DNA of 8,116 nt from Verrucomicrobiota bacterium (GCA_008932965.1 WBXG01000069.1:1-8116), one strand, 5' to 3'; shown: positions 1-6,247, counted from the first letter of the stretch. Made by a program: numbers and translations. The notes: generated by a model from the letters alone, not told the origin.

Positions 1-116
1 AGGGCTGCCCCCCTTCAAGCCAGGGCAGTCTCCCCCGCGGTCTCCTGACCGCCGGTGGTGCCTGCATCAGGATTCGCGGCGCTTCGCGAGCAATCAGTAT
101 GAAATATCCGAGTTAA
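1..116 (-). mobile_element. Partial copy A of the MITE-like TIR/foldback repeat family; the left part lies outside the window
   Basis: Ends with AGTATGAAATATCCGAG (96-112) plus TTAA (113-116). This is the same terminal repeat as the right ends of copies B (2411-2431) and C (6087-6106). The reverse complement of 1-116 aligns with the left two-thirds of copy C, sharing ATTTCATACTGATT, CGAA..CCTGATG, AGACTGCC and GAAGG, at roughly 55-65% by eye. It therefore appears inverted relative to B/C/D. The interior is GC-rich, unlike the flanking DNA. Hairpin CCCGCGGT-ctcctg-ACCGCCGG at 34-55. Confidence 0.6.
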
Positions 117-156
117 GCTTCTCCTGACCTTTTACCCTCACACACTTTTTTAATTT

Positions 157-1326
157 ATGCCTGGTATTATTATTCGTCCTCGAGCTCGTATCCTTCATGG
201 TCACGATTGGGTTTATAGCACAGAAGTGCTTAAAATTTTTGGAAATCCCAATGATGGAGAGGTAATTTCGATAAAAGATGGTCGTGATCGAATGCTTGGA
301 AGTGCCATTTATCATAGTGGATCCCAAATTGTTGCTCGCCGTTTTTCACATCAACGCCAAGAATTAGATCGAGATTTTTTTGTGCGACGTGTGCACCGTG
401 CTCAAGAATATCGGGACCGCTGTGGAGTAGATGGAAATGTTCGCCGTGTTGTCTGGAGTGAGAGTGATGGGCTTCCTGGAGTGATCGTGGATCGTTATAA
501 CTCGGTAGCAATTGTACAGACATTAACCTGTGCTATGGATCAACGACGGGAGTTAATTGCCGAGGTTGTCATGGAGGTGCTCGGAGTAAAAACAGTGATT
601 GAACGTAATGATTCATCTTCTAGAAAGATGGAAGGCTTAGAAATACGGAGCGGTCTGCTTCTTGGGGAAGCTCCTCAGGAAGAGGAGGTGATGATAGGAG
701 GGATGGTTTTTTTAATAGACTTTTTACAAGGTCAGAAAACAGGGTTTTATCTGGATCAAGTAAGTAATTATCGGGAAATCGCTCCATGGGCCAAGGGAGC
801 TAGGGTCCTTGATTGTTTTTCCAACCAAGGAGCTTTTGCCATCGCCTGTGCTCGTGCCGGTGCTACTGAAGTAACGGCTGTAGAGTCAGGTGTCGAAAAT
901 ATTCCTCGTATCAAAGCCAACGGCGAAGCTAATCAAGTATCACTTCAGATCATTGGGGATAATGTTTTTGATCTCTTAAGCCAAGCAGTCCGTCGTGGTG
1001 AGAAGTATGATCTGATTATTTTAGACCCACCCCCATTCACAAGAGCTAAAAAAGGAATTAGTGATGCTCTTCGAGGCTACCGGGAGCTTCATTTCAAAGC
1101 TGCCCAACTACTCACCCACAACGGCTACCTTGCAACCTTCTCCTGCTCCCATCATATCTCTGCTGCTGCTTTTCATAGCACTTGCACAGAGGCCTTTTAC
1201 GATGCAAAGCGTTCTGCACGGCAGCGCCATATTTTCTCCCAAAGCCCCGATCACCCTATTGTTATTGCTCTCCCGGAGACCGAATACCTTAAGGGGTATC
1301 TCTTGGAAATGTTCAACTCTTTTTAG
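157..1326 (+). CDS. rlmI: Class I SAM-dependent 23S rRNA (cytosine-C5) methyltransferase, RlmI family (COG1092), with an N-terminal PUA-like domain
   Basis: 389-aa ORF with an ATG start. It is collinear from recall with E. coli RlmI. Matching segments are the N-terminal IIIRPRARILHGHDWVY and SESDGLPGVIVDRY, then GQKTGFYLDQ. The SAM motif I is VLDCFSNQGAFAIACARAGA, motif IV is YDLIILDPPPF, and the catalytic-Cys motif is TFSCS. The C-terminus is DHPIVIALPETEYLKGY. Confidence 0.85.
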   Translation: MPGIIIRPRARILHGHDWVYSTEVLKIFGNPNDGEVISIKDGRDRMLGSAIYHSGSQIVARRFSHQRQELDRDFFVRRVHRAQEYRDRCGVDGNVRRVVWSESDGLPGVIVDRYNSVAIVQTLTCAMDQRRELIAEVVMEVLGVKTVIERNDSSSRKMEGLEIRSGLLLGEAPQEEEVMIGGMVFLIDFLQGQKTGFYLDQVSNYREIAPWAKGARVLDCFSNQGAFAIACARAGATEVTAVESGVENIPRIKANGEANQVSLQIIGDNVFDLLSQAVRRGEKYDLIILDPPPFTRAKKGISDALRGYRELHFKAAQLLTHNGYLATFSCSHHISAAAFHSTCTEAFYDAKRSARQRHIFSQSPDHPIVIALPETEYLKGYLLEMFNSF

Positions 1327-1331
1327 CCCGC

Positions 1332-2189
1332 CTACAAAGAGGCTGTTGTTCTTTCAGTCAAGTTCGTGAGCTGGTAAATCATGGGATGAGTCGAATTAGG
1401 AAAATGACGTAGAGCTTTTTTAAAAGCACGTGCATGTTGGAATTTCCACCAAGGAGCAAAGAGTTTCATCGTTGGTGGACAAACTGGAAAAGTCTCCCCT
1501 TGGCAATGATTTATTGGAGTCGAGCAGGCTGGCCTTAGAGTGGTGGGTATGTTGAGTAAGCCTATTTTTTTTCCAGATTGAAGAAGACGAAGTAGCCACT
1601 CATCAAACATTCTATTTTCATAGCGAGGATAGAATGGGAAATCTTTTTTCAGTAACAAAGATCGACAAAAGAGGGTGCTTGGAATGATGGTGCACTGGCT
1701 GCTCCAGAGATATTCTAATGAGGGAAGGACTGCTGGATGAGGAGTTGTTTTTTTTGTGACGTTGTCCAATACAAACCCACCCGTAAAAACAAGATCTATT
1801 TCAGGATGAGCCTGAAAGTATTTTTCCACAGCAACGAGGCCCTCTGGTAAGTACTGCTCATCGGGTTGAAGAAATCCTACAAAGGCTCCCAAAATACGTG
1901 TGGTTGCTTTTTGAATCGCTTCATGAAAGGAGATATTTTTTTCTTCGACAAGGCGAAGGGTGAATCGTTGCTTCCATTTTGAAAGCTGGAGTTCTTTTGA
2001 AAGTTTACTCCATAGGTTATTAGCTTCACCAAGATGCTGAAGGATCTGTTCACTTTTAATACTGCATTGATCCGCTAGCGAAGCTACTGCACAAGGGAGA
2101 GAATCCTGGGCGTCTTCTGAATTCTCATGAATGGTAATAATAGAAAAATCCGGAGGTGTGAGTTGATGTGTTGAGATTGGAAAAGACAT
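1332..2189 (-). CDS. Hypothetical protein, divergent GT-A fold / family 2 glycosyltransferase-like
   Basis: 285-aa ORF with an ATG start. FSIITIHENSEDAQDSL...LADQ resembles the GT2 N-terminal strand (xSIIIPxxN...L.SxxxQ). AFVGFLQPDEQYLPEGLVAVEKYFQAHPEIDLVFTG resembles the GT2 'yIaFLDaDDxxxPxkL....l..nP..dlVys' DxD region, but with DE in place of DD. The assignment is by motif resemblance only. Confidence 0.45.
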   Translation of the reverse strand: MSFPISTHQLTPPDFSIITIHENSEDAQDSLPCAVASLADQCSIKSEQILQHLGEANNLWSKLSKELQLSKWKQRFTLRLVEEKNISFHEAIQKATTRILGAFVGFLQPDEQYLPEGLVAVEKYFQAHPEIDLVFTGGFVLDNVTKKTTPHPAVLPSLEYLWSSQCTIIPSTLFCRSLLLKKDFPFYPRYENRMFDEWLLRLLQSGKKIGLLNIPTTLRPACSTPINHCQGETFPVCPPTMKLFAPWWKFQHARAFKKALRHFPNSTHPMIYQLTNLTERTTASL

Positions 2190-2245
2190 GGAATCAAGTG
2201 AGAATGAATAGAGGGTAAAAAAAAGAGTTGCAACAAATAAAAATC

Positions 2246-2431
2246 TTAACCCGGATATTTCACACTAAATCTATTACAGCTTGTGGAAAGCTCATTATTA
2301 CTGCGTCAGCTTCGAATTGCTCCTCGGGCTGTATGAAACATACAGCTCAGCATCGCAATCCTTCGCCCACTTTGCACTCATAAGCTTTACACGGAGCCTT
2401 ATGATACTTCAGTATGAAATATCCGGGTTAA
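2246..2431 (+). mobile_element. Complete copy B (186 bp) of the MITE-like TIR/foldback repeat family
   Basis: Left end TTAACCCGGATATTTCACACT (2246-2266) is the reverse complement of right end AGTATGAAATATCCGGGTTAA (2411-2431), matching 20/21. A second long-range complementary block pairs 2283-2295 with 2380-2392 (11/13). The central hairpin is GGGCTGTATG-aaa-CATACAGCTC (2326-2348). Gap-free alignment to copy D (7963-8116) gives about 82% identity by hand count (about 27 mismatches in 154 nt). TTAA lies on both flanks. Confidence 0.75.
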
Positions 2432-2465
2432 TTAAAAATTCTTAAAATTTTTGCGAGCCAAATTG

Positions 2466-3113
2466 ATGTTTCGCAGCTACTTTATTCACACTATGCCCGA
2501 CTTTATAACAGAACCTCATGATTTATTGGAGTTAGAAGAAGAGACCTCCATGGAAGAATTGCAAGATCAAGTACAACGCGCCCAGTCTGAGCTGGTTGAG
2601 TTAAAGCGTCGTCAAGATCAAATAGAAAAAGAAAAGTTACGACTTGAAGAACTGAGTCGGCGCCAGGAAGAGCTAGAGCGTGGACGTATTGAGATGGTTG
2701 ACAAACTCACGCGTGCTCTGCTCTTGGTGCAGCGAGAAACCGAGGAATCACAACGACGTCTCGAGCAATTGCATGGTATTCAAGATTCTTTTGCAGAACA
2801 TTTACGAGAATTAGAAAATATCGATTGTAAAAGTTGGAATGGCCGTGAATTAGCACGGGAGCTCACACGTGCTATTGGAACCGTGGATGAGGCGAAAGCT
2901 GCTTATAGTAGGGCTCAAGCCAAGATCGCTCCGATAGAGGATGCTTCTGATCTCCATGGAAGTGGAATTTCCTATAGCGACGATTTTGAATTACGAAGTC
3001 AAGGCTTCCTGTATTGGCTTCAATCGGGGGCTGCTTTCACTTTACCGTTAGTATTGCTAGGACTTGTTGCGTTACTCATCTGGAGTTGGCATTTATTAAC
3101 GGCTCCTCACTAA
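2466..3113 (+). CDS. Hypothetical tail-anchored coiled-coil membrane protein
   Basis: ORF open from TTG 2451. The in-frame ATGs are at 2466 and 2493, and the true start is not resolvable because there is no SD. It has a long charged heptad-like region (ELVELKRRQDQIEKEKLRLEELSRRQEELERGR...). A single C-terminal hydrophobic helix (AAFTLPLVLLGLVALLIWSWHLL) lies 5 residues from the stop. I recognise no family. Confidence 0.6.
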   Translation: MFRSYFIHTMPDFITEPHDLLELEEETSMEELQDQVQRAQSELVELKRRQDQIEKEKLRLEELSRRQEELERGRIEMVDKLTRALLLVQRETEESQRRLEQLHGIQDSFAEHLRELENIDCKSWNGRELARELTRAIGTVDEAKAAYSRAQAKIAPIEDASDLHGSGISYSDDFELRSQGFLYWLQSGAAFTLPLVLLGLVALLIWSWHLLTAPH

Positions 3114-3253
3114 GAACTACTCCCGCAGATGAAGAACGACACTACTTCCAAATGTTTTTTCTACATGATCCCTCCTATGAACCACTAGATCGTCTCATTA
3201 GCTTTCCACTATAAACGCTTATTTTTCAATTTAGTTCAGTGCAGACCCCGCCT

Positions 3254-3658
3254 ATGATCCGCCCCTCCTCTCGTTCTAAAAAATCTGTTGTGCGCCCGCT
3301 AGATACGGATCGTCAGCGTTTGCGTGATGAAGAAGAAAAAATTCGCTTGCTAGAGGAAAAAATTCGTCTTCAAGAAGAAGCTGCCCGACGCAAATTGGAG
3401 AATTTGCCAAAAGAGTTAGAAGAGAGGAAACGCCGTCAACATGAGCTTCATCGACTTCATCTTGTTTCAGCACCAACTCGTGCGGATGGATTGAGTAAGC
3501 TTCGTGATAAACGTCATCCTCTACGTCAAAAGACCATTGCTGCTTCAGGTGGTAAACGCATGGCAGAGAGGCGTGCTGCGCGCCTTCAATTTATTCTACT
3601 TTGCGTTGTGCTTGGAATTATTTTGCTGCTTCTTTGGAAATCACTTCCATCATCCTAA
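3254..3658 (+). CDS. Hypothetical tail-anchored coiled-coil membrane protein with the same architecture as 2466-3113
   Basis: ORF open from GTG 3239, with the first ATG at 3254. It has a basic/acidic coiled-coil region (RLRDEEEKIRLLEEKIRLQEEAARRKLENLPKELEERKRRQHEL). The C-terminal TM helix is LQFILLCVVLGIILLLLW, 6 residues from the stop. Confidence 0.55.
   Translation: MIRPSSRSKKSVVRPLDTDRQRLRDEEEKIRLLEEKIRLQEEAARRKLENLPKELEERKRRQHELHRLHLVSAPTRADGLSKLRDKRHPLRQKTIAASGGKRMAERRAARLQFILLCVVLGIILLLLWKSLPSS
3332..3373 (+). repeat. 2 x 21-nt in-frame tandem duplication encoding the heptads EEKIRLL/EEKIRLQ
   Basis: gaagaaaaaattcgcttgcta (3332-3352) against gaggaaaaaattcgtcttcaa (3353-3373), 16/21 identical. 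It lies inside the 3254-3658 CDS. Confidence 0.6.
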
Positions 3659-3687
3659 CAACCTCTTTTTTTACATCTCCTTTCTCT

Positions 3688-4725
3688 GTGTTGTACCGAA
3701 AATTAGCACGTCCTTTTTTCTTTCGGCTTGACCCAGAACTTGCCCACGAAGCGGTTATCAAAAGCCTTGCTATTACCTCCGCCTCTCCGGTGGTTGCTAA
3801 GATATTAAAAAAAGTAATCACAGCACTTGAGGGTTCTGTTCCTCTCTCTCCTCGATGCGTAGCAGGAATCGACTTTCCCAACCCAGTTGGTCTTGCTGCC
3901 GGAATGGATAAAAATGGAGTGGCCTTACTTGCGTGGGAAGCCCTTGGGTTTGGGTTTGTCGAAATAGGGACTATTACAGCGCATGCACAACCAGGAAACC
4001 CCAAGCCTCGGCTTTTTCGTTTTCCAGAAGAGGAAGCCCTCATTAACCGACTTGGATTTAATAATGAAGGAGCCACTGCGGTCGCTCATCGTTTAACAAA
4101 AACGAAGGAACAGGGTCGCTGGCCTCACATTCCCGTGGGAATTAATATTGGCAAATCCCGAGTGACTCCGATTCACGAGGCTGCAAAAGATTATCTCTTG
4201 AGCTTTCAACAACTTCATGGATTAGGAGATTATTATGTACTCAATGTCAGCTCTCCTAATACTCCTGGATTGCGTGATCTTCAGGCTAAGGAGGCCTTAG
4301 CCTCAATTGTAAAAACAGTACGTGATTGGGAAGGGACCCCTCAGAAGCCACTTTTTATTAAGGTAGCTCCTGATCTTGCAGAGGAAGATCTCATCGCTAT
4401 TGTAGCACTAGCAGAAGAAGAAAAGCTTTCCGGTCTCATTGCGACTAACACAACACTCGACCATTCGATACTTTCAAAGGAGAAGGATCAGGCTGGAGGT
4501 CTGAGTGGGATTCCTCTGGGAGCAAGATCACTCCATGCACTCCATCTTATTCGGAAGCAAACATCGCTTCCAGTGATTGCTTGTGGTGGGATTCACGATA
4601 AAGCTTCTGCTCATGAGCGTTTTCAAGCAGGAGCCAATCTTGTTCAAATCTATACTTCACTTATTTATCATGGTCCTGCAGTGATCCGTAAGATTTGTGC
4701 CTCTCTGGATCGTTGTGATTCATAG
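3688..4725 (+). CDS. pyrD: Dihydroorotate dehydrogenase (quinone), class 2
   Basis: Collinear from recall with E. coli PyrD. Matching segments are LDPELAHE, NPVGLAAGMDKNG, GFGFVEIGTIT, KPRLFR, NRLGFNNEG and GINIGK. They continue with NVSSPNTPGLRDLQ (class-2 catalytic Ser), KVAPDL, IATNTT, GGLSG, ACGGI and LVQIYTSLIY. The track ORF starts at TTG 3601 and overlaps the upstream gene by 58 nt. GTG 3688 (or TTG 3691) places 13 residues before LDPE, against 12 in E. coli, and removes the overlap. Confidence 0.9.
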   Translation: MLYRKLARPFFFRLDPELAHEAVIKSLAITSASPVVAKILKKVITALEGSVPLSPRCVAGIDFPNPVGLAAGMDKNGVALLAWEALGFGFVEIGTITAHAQPGNPKPRLFRFPEEEALINRLGFNNEGATAVAHRLTKTKEQGRWPHIPVGINIGKSRVTPIHEAAKDYLLSFQQLHGLGDYYVLNVSSPNTPGLRDLQAKEALASIVKTVRDWEGTPQKPLFIKVAPDLAEEDLIAIVALAEEEKLSGLIATNTTLDHSILSKEKDQAGGLSGIPLGARSLHALHLIRKQTSLPVIACGGIHDKASAHERFQAGANLVQIYTSLIYHGPAVIRKICASLDRCDS

Positions 4726-4733
4726 ATTTTTTC

Positions 4734-5897
4734 ATGGAACATAGACTTGCTTCAGAGCTAGCACTCTTAAAAAAGAAAAAACTCTGGCGCTCTCCAGCCT
4801 TGATAGAACGTGCTTCTGGAAGTCATCTTGTGATTGAGGGGCGTACTTTTTGTAATTTTTCTTCTAATGATTATCTCGGTTTAAGCGGTCATCCGGCGTT
4901 GCAAGAAGCCGCTCATACTGCGTGGTCTTCTTTTGGATATGGGGCCACCGCCTCACGGCTTATTTGTGGAAATACAAAAGAACATCAACTCTTGGAGGAA
5001 GAATTAGCTTCACTGAAACAAACAGAGGCAGCTCTTCTTTTTTCCTCAGGCTTTGCAGCGGCTATGGGTGCTATTTCTAGCCTCATGCAGCGGGGTGATG
5101 TGATTATTTTAGACAAGCTTGTGCATGCAAGTTTGATTGATGGAGCTCGTGCAAGTCAGGCTCTAGTGCGTGTGTTCAAACATCATGATGTAACTCAGTT
5201 AGAAGACCATTTACGTTGGGCACGGCGTACTTTTCCTTCAGGAGAGATTTTAATCATTACTGAATCGGTTTTTAGTATGGATGGAGATGTGGCTCCGCTT
5301 GAGGAGATGGTTCTGCTCAAAGAAAAATATGGAGCACTTCTTTTCGTGGATGAAGCTCATGCTATTGGGGTACGTGGATCTTCCGAAAATCGTATGGGAG
5401 GAATGATTGGAGAATTAGGACTTGCGAGTCGTATTGATATTCAAATGGGAACACTTAGCAAGGCCGTTGGGACTTCGGGAGGATATCTTTGTGCCTCACG
5501 TACGATAGTCGACTACCTCCTTCATCGTGCTCGTCCTTTTATTTATACGACTGCTGCTCCTCCCTCTCTCATAGCTGCAGCACGGGCAAGTATTGGTATT
5601 ATCAACTCTTCGGAAGGAGAGGCTCTAGTAGTTCGATTATGGAACAATATAGAGCAACTTGCCTCTTCTTTGTCTCAACAACAGCCCGAGAGCGCCATTT
5701 TACCTCTTATTTTAGGAGATGAAGAAAAGGCTCTCGTGGCAGCCCATATGCTTCGGGAGGCAGGTTATTTTGTCCCTGCTATTCGTTATCCAACGGTTGC
5801 TAAGAATAAGGCACGACTTCGTATTACAATGACAGCAACCCATACTACGGAGGAGATATCCCGATTTACTCAAGAAATAAAGCAGCTCTCCTTGTAA
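4734..5897 (+). CDS. bioF: 8-amino-7-oxononanoate synthase (alpha-oxoamine synthase family, PLP-dependent)
   Basis: 387-aa ORF with its ATG 8 nt after the pyrD stop. It is collinear from recall with E. coli BioF. Matching segments are NFSSNDYLGLS, LLFSSGFAA, TESVFSMDGDVAPL, VDEAHAIGV and the PLP lysine in GTLSKAVG. They continue with DYLLHRARPFIYTTAAPP, ILPLILGD and AIRYPTVAKNKARLRITMTATH. Other family members (Kbl, SPT) are less likely but cannot be formally excluded without a search. Confidence 0.75.
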   Translation: MEHRLASELALLKKKKLWRSPALIERASGSHLVIEGRTFCNFSSNDYLGLSGHPALQEAAHTAWSSFGYGATASRLICGNTKEHQLLEEELASLKQTEAALLFSSGFAAAMGAISSLMQRGDVIILDKLVHASLIDGARASQALVRVFKHHDVTQLEDHLRWARRTFPSGEILIITESVFSMDGDVAPLEEMVLLKEKYGALLFVDEAHAIGVRGSSENRMGGMIGELGLASRIDIQMGTLSKAVGTSGGYLCASRTIVDYLLHRARPFIYTTAAPPSLIAAARASIGIINSSEGEALVVRLWNNIEQLASSLSQQQPESAILPLILGDEEKALVAAHMLREAGYFVPAIRYPTVAKNKARLRITMTATHTTEEISRFTQEIKQLSL

Positions 5898-5948
5898 AAT
5901 CATCCTTAGAAATTTTTCCAGTTGCTCAGAGAGTTTTTTACGATTACT

Positions 5949-6106
5949 TTAACCCGCACATTTCATACTGATTCTGCTGCGGCTTGCGAACACCTGATGG
6001 ATAACGACACTAGCTGTAGAAGTACAGACTGCCTGAGGAAGGCCTCGAGATCAACACAGCATCCACACCAGCTTTTACTGGTGATAAGTATGAAATATTC
6101 AGGTTA
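5949..6106 (+). mobile_element. Complete copy C (158 bp) of the MITE-like repeat family, second subfamily
   Basis: Left end TTAACCCGCACATTTCATACT (5949-5969) and right end AGTATGAAATATTCAGGTTAG (6086-6106) form the family TIR. The interior is homologous to the reverse complement of copy A and only weakly to B/D, for example GCGGCTTGCGAACACC against ACAGCTTGTGGAAAGC. The central hairpin is CTGTA-gaag-TACAG (6014-6027). The flanks are TTAA and TTAG. Confidence 0.7.
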
Positions 6107-6182
6107 GGGGTCATAGCTCAGTTGGTAGAGCGCCTCAATGGCATTGAGGAGGTCTGGGGTTCGAATCCCCATGGCTCCACCA
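6107..6182 (+). tRNA. tRNA-Ala (anticodon GGC), 76 nt with genomically encoded CCA
   Basis: Hand-folded cloverleaf. Acceptor stem: GGGGTCA/TGGCTCC, with the G3:U70 alanine identity pair. D arm: GCTC-AGTTGGTA-GAGC. Anticodon arm: CCTCA-AT[GGC]AT-TGAGG. Variable loop: AGGTC. T arm: TGGGG-TTCGAAT-CCCCA. The discriminator is A73, followed by CCA. Confidence 0.95.
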
Positions 6183-6212
6183 GAATAATCGTTATTTCTA
6201 AAGTGAGGGACC

Positions 6213-6242
6213 TTGACTGTGAGAAATCCCAAGCCCTATTAT
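6213..6242 (+). promoter_or_regulatory. Candidate sigma70-type promoter for umuDC: TTGACT - 18 nt - TATTAT
   Basis: TTGACT (6213-6218) matches the -35 consensus 5/6 and TATTAT (6237-6242) matches the -10 consensus 5/6, with an 18-nt spacer. The -10 ends 5 nt before the umuD ATG (6248), which implies a leaderless or near-leaderless transcript. This is a sequence match only. Confidence 0.35.
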
Positions 6243-6247
6243 CAAGC

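Noticed and set aside
94-523. Antisense or overlapping ORFs: 94-327(-), 230-523(-), 1061-1369(+), 3014-3214(+), 3276-3476(-), 3504-3731(+), 3618-4076(-), 5489-5722(+), 5712-5903(-), 6274-6489(-), 6335-6688(-), 7179-7481(-)
   Set aside because: Most lie within or opposite genes that have strong family-level motif support; 3014-3214 and 3276-3476 instead overlap the two hypothetical coiled-coil ORFs, which are longer and structurally coherent. All have low-complexity or atypical composition and no recognisable motifs. They are typical shadow ORFs.
2309-2322. T-loop-like AGC-TTCGAATT-GCT in copy B, suggesting a tRNA-derived (SINE-like) origin
   Set aside because: There is only a 3-bp stem. The TTCGAAT motif is not conserved in D (TCTCGAATT) and is absent from A and C. 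No other cloverleaf elements are present.
3601-3687. TTG-initiated N-terminal extension of pyrD that overlaps the upstream coiled-coil gene
   Set aside because: It would create a 58-nt out-of-frame overlap. GTG 3688 reproduces the canonical PyrD N-terminal length before LDPExAHE. The extension is probably just open frame.
5886-5940. Possible intrinsic terminator after bioF (CTC-aga-GAG followed by TTTTTT at about 5925-5939)
   Set aside because: The stem is only 3 bp, and the longer alternative pairing (CTCTC with GAGAG) has a loop of about 37 nt. It is not a credible Rho-independent terminator.
5922-6107. 61-aa ORF inside repeat copy C, and the similar 68-aa ORF 7887-8093 running from the umuC 3' end into copy D
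   Set aside because: Neither frame is maintained in the other copies. Copy B, about 82% identical to D, has no corresponding ORF in the track. The 68-aa ORF also overlaps umuC out of frame. These are chance ORFs in non-coding repeats.
6184-6196. Palindrome AATAA-TCG-TTATT immediately after the tRNA CCA, considered as a terminator or operator
   Set aside because: The arms are only 5 bp and AT-only, with no following T-tract. It is too weak to call and matches no operator consensus that I know.
6122-6247. N-terminal 42 codons of the 184-aa track ORF (MVERLNGIEEVWGSNPHGST...)
   Set aside because: This stretch is the tRNA-Ala gene (6107-6182) read as protein, plus its downstream spacer. Homology to UmuD starts only after ATG 6248.
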